NCBI GenBank assembly: GCA_016927655.1
Contig: JAFGMG010000008.1
Span: 5,929 to 69,928 of the forward strand
Origin: Candidatus Dojkabacteria bacterium
GTDB lineage: Bacteria; Patescibacteriota; Dojkabacteria; B142; JAFGMG01
Reading direction: 5' to 3'
DNA length: 64,000 nucleotides
This document shows, piece after piece, positions 20,775-31,573 of this stretch. Numbering within the stretch: position 1 is the stretch's first letter; every line of letters begins with the position of its first letter. The notes below the pieces were generated by a model. It worked only from the letters and a program-made list of their open reading frames with translations. It was not told the origin of the DNA and ran no database searches. Both the position numbers and the translations under genes were made by a program.

Positions 20775-21389
20775 TTATTCAAGACCACAGCTGCTGGCTG
20801 GACCAGCTATCTGGAATCTTGTAAATCTTCCAATTTCAATTTTTTCACCGACTGCTGCTATAAGTTCATTAAGAATATCTTCAATTGTTTTAGAGTCATC
20901 TTTTACATAAGGCTGTTTCAGAAGAACAATTTCCTGATAGAACTTTGAGAGCTTGCCCTCTAGGATCTTTTCTCGGACGTTTTCCGGCTTCCCTTCAAGA
21001 TCTGATGCATATACAGCCTTTTCTTTCTCCAATATTTCCACTGGAATATCTTCAATCGTAATATATTCGGGGCTGCTTGCTGCGATGTGCATCGCAACAT
21101 TTCTGCCGAATTCTCTAAATTTATCACTTCTTGAAGCGAAGTCTGTCTCGCTGTTTAACTCAACCAAAACTCCGATTTGTCCTTCTCCGTGGATATAATG
21201 CGCAATAAAGCCATTATCGGCGGACCTCCCGGCCCTTTTTGCAGCTTTAGCGATTCCCTTTTCTCGAAGATATTCAATCGCTTTCTCCATATCGCCACTT
21301 GAATTCTCAAGAGCTTCTTTCACATTCGCAATTCCCACACCAGTTCGCTTTCTAAGTTCTTTAATCTGATCCATTGTAATTGTGCTCAT
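20775..21389 (-). CDS. tsf: elongation factor Ts (short form)
   Basis: N-terminal UBA-like (IKELRKRTGVGIANVKEALE...) and a dimerisation core. Confidence 0.85.
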   Translation of the reverse strand: MSTITMDQIKELRKRTGVGIANVKEALENSSGDMEKAIEYLREKGIAKAAKRAGRSADNGFIAHYIHGEGQIGVLVELNSETDFASRSDKFREFGRNVAMHIAASSPEYITIEDIPVEILEKEKAVYASDLEGKPENVREKILEGKLSKFYQEIVLLKQPYVKDDSKTIEDILNELIAAVGEKIEIGRFTRFQIAGPASSCGLE

Positions 21390-21439
21390 TGTATTTTTGC
21401 TAAAAAACTAAATTCTTGATATCAGTATATATTATCTGC

Positions 21440-22630
21440 CTACCCATTCAAAATTTCTTCCGCAGCTTTTGCGCCAATTCCTTTTAGTTCTACCAATTCA
21501 GCTTTTTGCATCTTTTTTGCCTTTTCAACTGAGATTTTATTATCTTTTAAAGCTTTCTCGATTCTTGCACTCAATTTTTTAGATTTTACTGGTTTTACGG
21601 GCTTCACTGATTTCGCGGCTGATTTTACAGCTGGCTTTTCTACTTTATTTTCATTTACCTCAATTTCTGCTGCCGCAACTTTTTTCGCTTCCTTTTCCTT
21701 TTGTACTCCCTCAAGAATTCCTCCGGAAGACTTTGTTTTTCGCACTATTCGCTTTGGTTTTACAAATCTTGGCTCGTTCTCGGTAATTTTCACTTCCGCT
21801 ACTTCCTCGACTACCGCTGCTGCTGCTTCCTCATCGATCTCGGCTTGCTTCTTGATCGCGACATCAACTTTTGTATAGTCTTTGAAATCGTGTTTCACTC
21901 CTTTACCTGCATTCCCCTGCTTGACAGCCTCAGCAAAAAGAGCAAGAAACATTTCAATTGAGGAAACTGCATCATCATTTGCCGGAATTGGATAGTTTAC
22001 CTGTTCAGGATCAGTATTTGTATCAACTAAAGCTACAATTGGGACTCCAACATTACCAGCTTCAAAAATTGCATTCCTTTCATATTTAACATCTACCAGA
22101 ACAAGAGCTGATGGATTTGATTCCATCGTTTTAATGCCTTTATACAATCTATCTAATCTCTCCCACTCTTTTTTCATTCTTGAAATTTCAAATTTCGTCC
22201 TTCCCTCTACTCCTTGCTCGAATAACTCTTCAAGTTTGGCAAGTTTGGATAGACTTTTTTTAATTGATTTTGAATTTGTCAAAAGCCCTCCAACCCATCT
22301 GTGGGTTACAAAATATGCACCAGAATCAACTGCGTATTTTTCGGTCATTTCCTTTGCCTGCCTTTTTGTTCCAACAAAAAGGACAGGTCCCCTGCTTGAA
22401 GCTTCAACTAAAAACAGAAGTGCCTTTTTGAGTAATTCGTCTGTTTTAATAACATCGATTATATGGACACCGTTTTTACTGCCAAAAATATACTGCTCCA
22501 TCTTTGGATTCCATCTTTTTGTCTGATGTCCAAACTGCACACCAGCCTTTAGGAAATCTTTAATCTCAGGAGTATCGAAAGAAAGCTTGACCTGCTTTAC
22601 TGCAGCAGGTTCTTTTGTGGACTCGACCAT
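21440..22630 (-). CDS. rpsB: 30S ribosomal protein S2 (uS2) with ~140-aa Lys/Ala-rich C-terminal extension ending in an HhH-like motif
   Basis: S2 core (FLKAGVQFGHQTKRWNPKM...). Extension carries KPVKPVK repeats and terminal ELVELKGIGAKAAEEIL. Confidence 0.9.
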   Translation of the reverse strand: MVESTKEPAAVKQVKLSFDTPEIKDFLKAGVQFGHQTKRWNPKMEQYIFGSKNGVHIIDVIKTDELLKKALLFLVEASSRGPVLFVGTKRQAKEMTEKYAVDSGAYFVTHRWVGGLLTNSKSIKKSLSKLAKLEELFEQGVEGRTKFEISRMKKEWERLDRLYKGIKTMESNPSALVLVDVKYERNAIFEAGNVGVPIVALVDTNTDPEQVNYPIPANDDAVSSIEMFLALFAEAVKQGNAGKGVKHDFKDYTKVDVAIKKQAEIDEEAAAAVVEEVAEVKITENEPRFVKPKRIVRKTKSSGGILEGVQKEKEAKKVAAAEIEVNENKVEKPAVKSAAKSVKPVKPVKSKKLSARIEKALKDNKISVEKAKKMQKAELVELKGIGAKAAEEILNG

Positions 22631-22754
22631 AATTTATACCTTATTAATAATTAAACCTCCCCATTTAAGCGTAGAATGAAATCATTCTTCCGCAGGTAAT
22701 TAACAAATGGGTGTTAGACTTGCAGAGATTATAACACAGGAGAAAGGTAGTTAT

Positions 22755-23258
22755 CTAGGGGCGGAACATTAAATAATTAAAGGCAATCATCTTTTCAAGC
22801 GCCTCCTTAAGCCTTTCAGCCTCCTGATGCTTTAGTCGTTTAACTTCGAAAAGTGGCGCGCTTTTATTTTTCATACAAACACCAACCGTGGCATATTTCC
22901 GGGATTTGGCAGTATACACATTTCCAATATCCGCTGCATTATAGGTCTGAGTTGTTTCCCCCGCTCCAATAAATGGCTTGTATGTCAGAGTCACCCTGTT
23001 TGCAAACACCTGGATAGTTAAGGTTGTGAAAAACTGTGATCTGGTAGTCTCAAGAGTAAAAATCAGCTTATTTACTTCGGCCCACCAGTCTCTTTCCGGC
23101 GTAGGTTCAACGGGATAAACCCGCCTGTCTTGATAGAAAGGTTCTCTCGTATTGTAAATATAGTTACCTCTAGAAGTTTGCTCGCTAAGTGTCATTTTGT
23201 TCCAGATAAGGGGTAATTGCCTATGAAAACGTTCAATACCCAGGAGCTTACCCTTCAA
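22755..23258 (-). CDS. hypothetical protein (167 aa)
   Basis: ORF only; possibly a bacterial PH-like fold, but not supportable from sequence. Confidence 0.3.
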   Translation of the reverse strand: MKGKLLGIERFHRQLPLIWNKMTLSEQTSRGNYIYNTREPFYQDRRVYPVEPTPERDWWAEVNKLIFTLETTRSQFFTTLTIQVFANRVTLTYKPFIGAGETTQTYNAADIGNVYTAKSRKYATVGVCMKNKSAPLFEVKRLKHQEAERLKEALEKMIAFNYLMFRP

Positions 23259-23354
23259 TATAAACGCTATAAATGGTTTATTCTGTATTAATTACAAGAT
23301 GCATATCAAATGCGCAACAAGAAAATCCGAAAATAAGAGAATATATGTGGATAA

Positions 23355-25580
23355 TTATAGAAGTTCGAGCTCTTTCTTTTTCTGAGCAAGCTCTTTTCTT
23401 TTAATGCTCTTATATTCTTTGACTTCAGGATAATCTGGATGAGACCAGAATTCCCCGAAACGCCCCTTCTTAAGGATCATCTTCTTTCCGTCACTTGCTT
23501 TTGGAATACTTCCATAAAGTTTTCTAAAGACCTCCTTTGTATATTCCAGGCTCTCAATATTTTTCTCCTTTGGATAATCAGGATGCGCCCAGAAATAGCC
23601 GAAACGACCTTTTTTGAATAAATAATCCCGTCCATCCTCAGTTTTTGGTGCAGGCTGATATTTCGACAGGAAATCCTTTGACTTGGTTTTTATTTTGTCT
23701 GTTTCCCTATCCTCGATCGCCTCCATGCCCTTACAATCCGGCCATTTCGAACAGCTGTAAAACCGCCCATATTTACCAAGCTTGATAAGCATTGCAGATT
23801 TACATTCTGGGCATTTTACAGATTTTGGAGCCTCGCCTAAGATATTATAGTCCTCTCTATCTATCTCCTTTGTCTTTTTCTCTAGAATTTTTTCAAACGG
23901 CACATAAAAATCATCCACTGTCTTTACCCAGTCCAGCTTTCCATTTGCTATCATATCAAGCTTATCTTCCAGCTCAGCAGTAAAGTTATAATCCACAATC
24001 TCTGAAAAATGATCTTCCAGAAGTTTTACAACGATAATGCCCGTATCTGTAGGTTTTAGATATCTTTCAATTTTTTCGACGTATCCGCGCGAAATAATCG
24101 TCGAAATGATCGGAGCGTAAGTCGAAGGACGCCCTATCCCATATTTCTCAAGCTGCTTAATAAGCGTTGCTTCCGAATATCTTGCGGGTGGCTGAGTAAA
24201 CTTTTGAGCCGAAATCACGGACTCCGGATATAATTCCTGCCCTTTTTCGAAAGCGGGAAGACTCATTTCCTTAAGCTTTCTTTTATTGAATTTGAAAAAT
24301 CCATCAAAGACTATTCTCTCTCCGCTTAGCTCAAAAGTGTATTTACCGGCGTTGACTTGTACTTTCATAGCCTCGACTTCAGCAGATTGCGCCTGCGAAG
24401 ATACAGTTCTGCCCCAGATCAGCTCATAAAGTTTCTCTTCATCCCCGCTTATTTTCAAATCTTTAGCAAGCTTTGAGACATCAGTCGGCCTTATTGCCTC
24501 GTGTGCTTCCTGGGCCACTTTCTGTGTGGTTTTATAGAGTCTTTTTGATTCAGGTAAATATTTACTGGAAAAATTCTTTTTAATATAGCCCCTAATACTC
24601 TCTATCGCCTTAGAGGACAGGCTTATTGAGTCAGTCCTCATATATGTTATCAAACCTTTCTCATATAACTTTTGGGCAGCCCGCATTGTTCTTGAAGCCC
24701 CAAAACCGTATCTATTTGAAGCACTTTGCTGCAAAGTGCTTGTTTTAAAAGGCGGCGCAGGATTACGTTTTCTTAAGACCTTCTCTACTTCCTCGACAAT
24801 CCACTTTACTTCTTTTAAATCTTTTAAAATTCTGCCGACTTCGCTCTCTTTTTCGATTTTGATCTTTTTCCCATTCTTTTTAGTTAGAAGGAAAAATTTA
24901 TCGAGGTTCTCTTTTATTTCTTCTCCATCTTTATAAATTTTCTCCTCAAATTTTGACTGTTTTTTTTCTAAAAGATCTGCATTAATATTCCAGAACTCCT
25001 CAGCTTTAAAGGCATCTCTTTCGCGCTCCTTCTCCACAACAAGCCTCAAAGCGACAGATTGTACCCTGCCGGCAGAAAGCCCGAATCTAACCTTTTTCCA
25101 GAGCAGCGGTGACAATTTGTAACCCACAAGCCTATCCAAAATGCGACGCGTTTGTTGCGCATCTACTAGATTCATATCAATTCCTCTTGGATGCTGTAAT
25201 GCGTCCTTAACGGCGTCTTCGGTTATCTCCGTAAACACTATTCTTTTGAGACTTTTGCCTGGTTTAACCCTGCCTCTCTCACTCACTATCCCAAGTTTCT
25301 GAGCTACATGCCATCCAATTGCCTCTCCTTCCCTATCCGGATCAACTGCAAGTATAAGCTCCTTGCACCCAGCATACTCTTTTTTTAGAGCTTTCAGCGC
25401 ATCTGCATTGGTTACAATGTATTTTGGCTTATACTTCTTTTCCGTATCGACCCCGATCTCCTTCTTTGGCAGATCAATAATATGCCCTTTAGAAGCCTTG
25501 ACCTTATAGTCTCCGCCAAGATATTTCTTGATATATTTTTCTTTTGAGGGGGACTCTACGACCACAAGAGATTTGCTCAT
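23355..25580 (-). CDS. topA: DNA topoisomerase I
   Basis: Toprim N-terminus (LVVVESPSKEK), catalytic Tyr region, one C4 zinc ribbon (CPECKS...CSKWPDC). Followed by two Cys-less ribbon-like repeats (KKGRFGxFWxHPDYP). Start placed at the internal ATG at 25580; the track ORF extends to 25628 and would overlap dprA. Confidence 0.85.
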   Translation of the reverse strand: MSKSLVVVESPSKEKYIKKYLGGDYKVKASKGHIIDLPKKEIGVDTEKKYKPKYIVTNADALKALKKEYAGCKELILAVDPDREGEAIGWHVAQKLGIVSERGRVKPGKSLKRIVFTEITEDAVKDALQHPRGIDMNLVDAQQTRRILDRLVGYKLSPLLWKKVRFGLSAGRVQSVALRLVVEKERERDAFKAEEFWNINADLLEKKQSKFEEKIYKDGEEIKENLDKFFLLTKKNGKKIKIEKESEVGRILKDLKEVKWIVEEVEKVLRKRNPAPPFKTSTLQQSASNRYGFGASRTMRAAQKLYEKGLITYMRTDSISLSSKAIESIRGYIKKNFSSKYLPESKRLYKTTQKVAQEAHEAIRPTDVSKLAKDLKISGDEEKLYELIWGRTVSSQAQSAEVEAMKVQVNAGKYTFELSGERIVFDGFFKFNKRKLKEMSLPAFEKGQELYPESVISAQKFTQPPARYSEATLIKQLEKYGIGRPSTYAPIISTIISRGYVEKIERYLKPTDTGIIVVKLLEDHFSEIVDYNFTAELEDKLDMIANGKLDWVKTVDDFYVPFEKILEKKTKEIDREDYNILGEAPKSVKCPECKSAMLIKLGKYGRFYSCSKWPDCKGMEAIEDRETDKIKTKSKDFLSKYQPAPKTEDGRDYLFKKGRFGYFWAHPDYPKEKNIESLEYTKEVFRKLYGSIPKASDGKKMILKKGRFGEFWSHPDYPEVKEYKSIKRKELAQKKKELELL

Positions 25581-25596
25581 TTGTATCGAACGGAAG

Positions 25597-26691
25597 TTAA
25601 TAAATATAGATGTATCTTCCAGCTTCATCCTGTTTTAGAACACTTTTTATCTCCATCTCTGTCAATGAGGCTAACAGAATACCATAATCATTGTCAAATA
25701 TTTTCACTAAATCGTCGATAGTTTTGGGGTTCTTTTTGACCTGATCTGCAATTTTCTTTTGGAATGAACTAAACTCAAAATCCTTCCTTTTCATTTTTTC
25801 GTCCCATTTAACAACTCCCAATTGTTCTAATAGACACTTTGGGGAGAAAATCAACTTTGCTTTTTCTAAATAGATGATTTTATTCGTTCCTTGCAACCGC
25901 TTAGTAGATATCTCAGCAGGAACGGCATAAACTTCCCGGTTTTCCTGGAATGCCTGATGCGCTGTAATCAATGCACCGCTTCTTTCTCCCGCCTCAGTAA
26001 CAATCACCCCTCTTGAAATCCCCGCGATAATTCGATTTCTTCTTGGAAAATCATGTGCCCTGAATGAATCTCCGGGCATAGTCTCTGATACTACCAGACC
26101 CCCATTCTCGAGTATTTTGCAATACAGATCTTCATTACCTGCTGGAGTAGGTTCATGAGCACTTGAAGCAAGAACAGCAATAGTCCTCGCTTTATACTTC
26201 AATGCTGCCCTATGAGCAATGGCATCAATCCCATAAGCCATTCCGCTAACGATGATAAAATCATGAGCAGCAAGTGCCTCTATAAACCATTCAGTCGCGA
26301 GTTTCCCATAAATGCTATACCCCCTTGTCCCAACTATCGAGATTAATTTAGAAAAATTTTGACAAAGCGAAATATCCCCTTTGTAAAAAAGTATAATCGG
26401 AGGTTCGTAAATATGCGCAAGATTATAAGGATAAGAATCTTCTCCAAATACAACAAATTTCAGACCGGATTTTTCGACTTTCTCGAGAAATTTTCGCGTA
26501 TCAATTTCATCAACAGTATCAAGGAAATATCTCAATTTCCCCTTGATCATTTCTTTGCATCTGCCCTTTTTATAGGCTTCTTGGAGCTGGGCTATACCCT
26601 GATAGTTTTCCAAGATCATGTGGAGAGTTCTAGGACCCGTTCCAGAGAAAAGTGCGAGCTTTATTCTCAATATTTTTTCTTCTTTTTGCAT
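25597..26691 (-). CDS. dprA: DNA processing protein DprA (Smf)
   Basis: Rossmann-like DprA core (IVGTRGYSIYG...VSGMAYGIDAIAH). Conserved topA-dprA neighbourhood. Confidence 0.85.
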   Translation of the reverse strand: MQKEEKILRIKLALFSGTGPRTLHMILENYQGIAQLQEAYKKGRCKEMIKGKLRYFLDTVDEIDTRKFLEKVEKSGLKFVVFGEDSYPYNLAHIYEPPIILFYKGDISLCQNFSKLISIVGTRGYSIYGKLATEWFIEALAAHDFIIVSGMAYGIDAIAHRAALKYKARTIAVLASSAHEPTPAGNEDLYCKILENGGLVVSETMPGDSFRAHDFPRRNRIIAGISRGVIVTEAGERSGALITAHQAFQENREVYAVPAEISTKRLQGTNKIIYLEKAKLIFSPKCLLEQLGVVKWDEKMKRKDFEFSSFQKKIADQVKKNPKTIDDLVKIFDNDYGILLASLTEMEIKSVLKQDEAGRYIYIY

Positions 26692-26756
26692 AATAAGTTA
26701 TCATACAAAAGAATACTTGCCAGAAAATGGAAGTTGCATGGAGAATTCATGGAAAT

Positions 26757-28586
26757 TTATCTGTATAGCCAGCTCAAGAAATCACGAATAACGGGCATTG
26801 ATTTATAACCCCTTCCCCCTTCTTGAAGATGAATGACAAAACTGTAGTCCTTTCCTTCGTATTCAAAACCACCAATTGCCCACGAATGTGCTCCGTCTAC
26901 CTTTTTCCCATTTCTATATTCTGTTGCATCAGCCGATCCTGTCTTTGCGTAAGGATTCCCTGGGGAGTTCTTCAGTGCTGTAGCACTACCCCGATAGCCA
27001 TTCACTGCATATTTCATCCCTTTTCTAATTGTTCTAAAATTCTCCTTACTGACACTCACCTCACTTAATACTTCCGGTGCAATTATTTCTACCTCTTTTC
27101 CAGTTTGATCCGTAATTTTACTTACCAAATGCGGTTTGTAAATCACCCCTTCGTTAGCTATTGCACTTACCATTGTGACCATCTGAATAGGAGTGGCCGT
27201 TACAAGCCCCTGTCCAATAGCCGTATTACAAATATCCGCAAGATACCAGGGTTCGCCAACTTTCTCTTCCTTCAATTCTGGAGATGCCATTGTTCCTGCT
27301 TGTTCACCGGGAAGATCGATTCCGGTTTTTTTACCAATTCCAAATTGATCCGTATACTTTATCAGCGATCTGATTCCGTCTGCTTTTTCAGTCAAAGCCA
27401 AAGCTGTTTTACAAAAAAAGACATTACTCGATCTTCCAAGGCCTTCCACCACAGTCATTGTCCCAAGATATGCATTATCAGCTTCACATAATTTATAAAG
27501 CGGCAATTCAACGCAGCCTGATTGGAATTGGGTACTAGGAGTTATTGCCCCCTCTTCTAGTGCGGCCGCTGCTACCATGGGTTTAAAAGTTGATCCTGTT
27601 GGAAGCTGCAAAGCAATCGACCTGTTTAAAAGAGGAGTTCTTTCATCATTCATAAGTGCGGTAAAATCTTTGACACTTATCCCTTCCGTAAACAGGTTAT
27701 TGTCATAGGAAGGCACATTAGCCATAGCCTTTATTTCTCCAGTCCGGCTCTCCATAATAACCGCTACACCCGCAAATGAATCCGTTACATCTACCTGCTT
27801 TTCAAGTATTTCATACAATTTTTTCTGCCAGTTTGAATCGATTGTCAAATACAAGTTTGAGCCCTCTTGCGGACTGGCCGAAATGTATTCTTCAAGAATT
27901 TTATCTTCCAGATCTGTTTTTTTCACTTCAGTCCCGTCAGTCCCCCTTAGTGCCTGATCGTATTGCTTTTCAATCCCCTCTTTCCCGATCTTGGCATTCT
28001 GGTCCAGACCTGTTTGCTCAATTTCACCTTCATTTATATCCCCAACATAACCTAGTATGTGGGCCATCCCAGTATTTTGACCATACTGCCTGATTGCAGT
28101 TTCTTCTGTATAAACACCATAAAGCTCATCTAATCTCTCAGTCAAACTAATGTATTTCTCGAAGGAAATATCCGCATCGATAGTCACAACAGGCTTCCGC
28201 TCATCTTCTATTGCTACCTCAACGATACCAACAATATCCTCCTTATCGATTTCTAGAATAGTCGACAGCAGATTTAATTTATTTTCATCTTCCAAATCAA
28301 ATTCCTTTGTTTTGATGTAAACAGAAAAGGCGGGGATATTTTTGGCTAAAATCTCACCATTCTCGTCGTAAATTACACCTCTAGAAGCTCTAAGAATGTT
28401 CTTATTTTGTGAAATATTCGTTGCACGAATCAGGTTTTCTTTACCCGACACAATCTGCAGATCAAAAAGATTAGTAAGCAGGAACCCCATCATTAAAATC
28501 AGAGTTATCATAATAAAAAGCAGTCTCCAGCTTGAAGGTGCTACTTGCTTATCGTCTGTAATTGTCTCAATGATATGTCTTGTCAT
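26757..28586 (-). CDS. mrdA: penicillin-binding protein 2 (elongasome transpeptidase)
   Basis: N-terminal TM; transpeptidase motifs STFK, SSN and KTGS; lies downstream of mreBCD. Confidence 0.85.
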   Translation of the reverse strand: MTRHIIETITDDKQVAPSSWRLLFIMITLILMMGFLLTNLFDLQIVSGKENLIRATNISQNKNILRASRGVIYDENGEILAKNIPAFSVYIKTKEFDLEDENKLNLLSTILEIDKEDIVGIVEVAIEDERKPVVTIDADISFEKYISLTERLDELYGVYTEETAIRQYGQNTGMAHILGYVGDINEGEIEQTGLDQNAKIGKEGIEKQYDQALRGTDGTEVKKTDLEDKILEEYISASPQEGSNLYLTIDSNWQKKLYEILEKQVDVTDSFAGVAVIMESRTGEIKAMANVPSYDNNLFTEGISVKDFTALMNDERTPLLNRSIALQLPTGSTFKPMVAAAALEEGAITPSTQFQSGCVELPLYKLCEADNAYLGTMTVVEGLGRSSNVFFCKTALALTEKADGIRSLIKYTDQFGIGKKTGIDLPGEQAGTMASPELKEEKVGEPWYLADICNTAIGQGLVTATPIQMVTMVSAIANEGVIYKPHLVSKITDQTGKEVEIIAPEVLSEVSVSKENFRTIRKGMKYAVNGYRGSATALKNSPGNPYAKTGSADATEYRNGKKVDGAHSWAIGGFEYEGKDYSFVIHLQEGGRGYKSMPVIRDFLSWLYR

Positions 28587-28588
28587 TA

Positions 28589-29062
28589 CTAAACTTTAAA
28601 GCTTACATCTTCTCTCCCGGGTTTAAGAAGGTATTTAAACATGTACACTAATACCAAATGCGTAAATAAAAATATAAAGAAATTCAGCATACCGAAGTCG
28701 CTATGCCCATTCAACAAGTAGTTAGAGCCAACAAATAAAACTCTATATAAGGATAAAAATAAAAACACCGCAAGATAATTCCTCTCTTCAGCTAAAATTT
28801 CGAGGAATCGATCTATGACAAGTATTGCAAATAACGAAGCTCCAAAACAAAGGGATGGTAAACCAATGATACCAATACTAATAAAACTCACAAGTATTCC
28901 TAGAGCAGACACCCAGATGATATTTCTGCTTCTTAGATCGAAAAGCGTCAAAGCGCCCAATGCGACGTAGAGGTCTACTGCCCCGAAAAGAGCCGTATGC
29001 CCTAGAAACGCTTCCCAAATAAGGACCACAAAACTAAAGATGGCTAAATTCCTAATCTTCAT
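28589..29062 (-). CDS. mreD: rod shape-determining protein MreD (polytopic membrane)
   Basis: 157-aa hydrophobic protein in the mreB-mreC-X-mrdA position. Called from context. Confidence 0.5.
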   Translation of the reverse strand: MKIRNLAIFSFVVLIWEAFLGHTALFGAVDLYVALGALTLFDLRSRNIIWVSALGILVSFISIGIIGLPSLCFGASLFAILVIDRFLEILAEERNYLAVFLFLSLYRVLFVGSNYLLNGHSDFGMLNFFIFLFTHLVLVYMFKYLLKPGREDVSFKV

Positions 29063-29861
29063 AATCTAAAACAAAGACCTCACGTAAATTAAATGGATTA
29101 ATTTCAGTTTCAAGAATTACTTCTTTTGTTGTCTGACTTGGAAATTCGCTGATTTCTTTCACTTGGCCCAAATAAAGATCCGCCGGATAATTACTATTTA
29201 TTCCAAGAGTCATAAACTTGTCTCCAATGGTTAAAACCTCATTTGATAGAATTTTTTCGACTTTCAATCTTACTCCCTGCTCTGAAACAAGAACTCCTTT
29301 GACCCCGGAAGTACTAATTGCACTTATTTTTGTATCTTTTGAGAAGATGCTCCTGACTTTTGCGGATCTGGAGGATATTTCTATTATTTCTCCCAAAGCA
29401 TATGCCTTATAAACAACCACATCACCCTTTTCAAGCCCGTTATTTGTACCTTTATTGATATAAAATACTCCAGACTCTTCGCTTGAAATACGGATGATCT
29501 GCGCTGGAACAAGCTTATAACTTGGTGCAAAACTAACCTCTAATTGGGTTTTATAAACCTCAAGCTCTCTTATTTCGGCCTGCAGATCTACTACCTCCGT
29601 ATTCAAATCTTCAACTTGAGATTGATATTTATCTCGTTCTGTTTTTAGATTGTTCAAATCTCCAATTATTTCAAAAATTTCTTCAAATTTATCGACCCGT
29701 TTTTTAATAACTACCCGATAACCGGATTGTAAACTCTCGCTAGCACTCTTAACTCCATCGAGAACCCCCAGCTGGTCAAGGAGAAGAGAGGCAATCGATA
29801 TCCCAATCAATACTATCAAGGTTACGAAAATGTTATTGTTGCGAGCTTTTCGTTCTTTCAA
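29052..29861 (-). CDS. mreC: rod shape-determining protein MreC
   Basis: N-terminal TM, coiled coil, beta-rich C-terminus; positional. Confidence 0.7.
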   Translation of the reverse strand: MKERKARNNNIFVTLIVLIGISIASLLLDQLGVLDGVKSASESLQSGYRVVIKKRVDKFEEIFEIIGDLNNLKTERDKYQSQVEDLNTEVVDLQAEIRELEVYKTQLEVSFAPSYKLVPAQIIRISSEESGVFYINKGTNNGLEKGDVVVYKAYALGEIIEISSRSAKVRSIFSKDTKISAISTSGVKGVLVSEQGVRLKVEKILSNEVLTIGDKFMTLGINSNYPADLYLGQVKEISEFPSQTTKEVILETEINPFNLREVFVLDYED

Positions 29862-29878
29862 AACCTGTTATATGAAAA

Positions 29879-30931
29879 TTAAATAAACTCTTCTCCTTTT
29901 ACTTGAATCCTCTCAAGAAGATCTATTTCCGAAAGAAGTGTACTTGTTCCTCTTGCAACGGCACTCATTGGATCCTCGTCAATTATTATAGGTGTTCTCA
30001 ATTTTTCCTCAAGATATTTATCAATTCCATCTAGCAGTGCCCCACCCCCGACTAATGTGATTCCGCGCTCGAGCAAGTCAGATAATATTTCTGGAGGAGT
30101 TTGCTCGAGCGCCTCTCTGGCAGCTTCCGCAATTTTATCTAGAACTTTTACAATCGCTTCCCGGATCTCCACACTTGAAACAGTCATCACTTTTGGCAAG
30201 CCGGAAACCAGGTCGCGCCCCTTAAGCTGCGCCTCTTTTTCTTTTCGCATCGAATAGGCAGATCCAATCGCAATTTTTATATCTTCTGCCTGCTTATCTC
30301 CAATTGCGACATTGTACTTGTGACGGGCATAATTTACGATTTCCTGATCAATTTCATCGCCCGCAATTCTTACAGTATTATCAACAACGATCCCCCCAAG
30401 CGAGATTATTGCAATATCAGTAGTACCTCCCCCAATATCAATAATCATTGAACCAGCAGCATCTTCAATTGGAATTTTGGCTCCAATGGCTGCTGCCATC
30501 GGCTCTTCAATAATATAAGCTCTTCTTGCTCCAGCAGTAACTGCTGCATCTATCACGGCTTTTCCTTCGACCTCAGTAATATTTGACGGCACTCCAATCA
30601 CTACTCGAGGCTTAGCAAAAGTAAATAATTTTGGAAAATCTTTGTGAACTTTTCTGATGAAGTAGCGGATCATAGCCTCTGTGCTGTCAAAATCTGATAT
30701 CACTCCATCTCTTAGCGGTCTCACAGCAACAATATTAGCAGGTGTTCGGCCGATCATTCTCTTCGCTTCTGCCCCGACCGCCAGAATTTGTTTAGTATTT
30801 TTGTTCACCGCAACAACAGAGGGCTCCGAAATCACGATTCCGTGGCCTTTAACTGCAACCATTGTATTGGCTGTACCAAGGTCTATCCCGACATCATGAG
30901 TAAACAAATTCCAAATACTTGGATTTGACAT
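29879..30931 (-). CDS. mreB: rod shape-determining actin homolog MreB
   Basis: VGIDLGTANT...EPSVVA...EPMAAAIGA...DIGGGTTD actin-fold motifs. Confidence 0.9.
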   Translation of the reverse strand: MSNPSIWNLFTHDVGIDLGTANTMVAVKGHGIVISEPSVVAVNKNTKQILAVGAEAKRMIGRTPANIVAVRPLRDGVISDFDSTEAMIRYFIRKVHKDFPKLFTFAKPRVVIGVPSNITEVEGKAVIDAAVTAGARRAYIIEEPMAAAIGAKIPIEDAAGSMIIDIGGGTTDIAIISLGGIVVDNTVRIAGDEIDQEIVNYARHKYNVAIGDKQAEDIKIAIGSAYSMRKEKEAQLKGRDLVSGLPKVMTVSSVEIREAIVKVLDKIAEAAREALEQTPPEILSDLLERGITLVGGGALLDGIDKYLEEKLRTPIIIDEDPMSAVARGTSTLLSEIDLLERIQVKGEEFI

Positions 30932-30974
30932 TTGAGATTATTAAACTTATGGGGTATTTTAACACTTTGCAGCC

Positions 30975-31256
30975 TTATTTTGCGAGCTCTTCTCGAAAGT
31001 CTGCGAGAATATATTCTGTGCTCAATCTTCCCTCGTTTTTCCTTGCTTTTTTATACGCCTTCATAGAAACATTTATAGATTTCACTGCACCCGCACTATC
31101 AAGGGCTCTAACCTTTTTGAGATTTACTCCTTGTTTTTTCGATTTTGCAGTCGCTTTCTTGGACCATGCACCAGAAACACCTCCAGCGCTACCCCTTCTG
31201 TGTCTTCTTGTTTTACCAAAATTTGCTGTTTTATTTGAAATTTCACATTTTCTCAT
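30975..31256 (-). CDS. rpmB: 50S ribosomal protein L28 (bL28)-like
   Basis: 93-aa basic protein; MRKCEISNK...GKTRRHRRG resembles the L28 N-terminal consensus (M.k.C.i.gK...SH). Confidence 0.55.
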   Translation of the reverse strand: MRKCEISNKTANFGKTRRHRRGSAGGVSGAWSKKATAKSKKQGVNLKKVRALDSAGAVKSINVSMKAYKKARKNEGRLSTEYILADFREELAK

Positions 31257-31573
31257 CGCATAAGGATAATACTATATCCCGTCCTTTTCTGCAACCAGTA
31301 AGATAATTACTTTAAAAAATAAAAACGGGAAACCGCACAAGATTTTCTAAAAAATCCTAGCCTTTAAGCTGAACAATTTGCTATAATCTTACTACCTCAC
31401 ATGGACGTTTGCAGGATCTAATTGAGTCTACAAGCAACTATATGGGAATCCAAAATCGTCCCGATTCTTGAATCTGGATTGAGGACAACCACATGATTTT
31501 CGTGCTTTCAATTACCTTGCAGACTGAGATGTGAGGTTCTTGACTAACGAAATTGACAATAGAAAATTGCAAT

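Noticed and set aside
25581-25628. Longer TopA N-terminus (MKLEDTSIFINFRSIQ...)
   Set aside because: It would overlap the dprA 3' end by 32 nt and precede the conserved Toprim start MSKSLVVVESPSKEK. The internal ATG at 25580 is preferred, though this is not certain.
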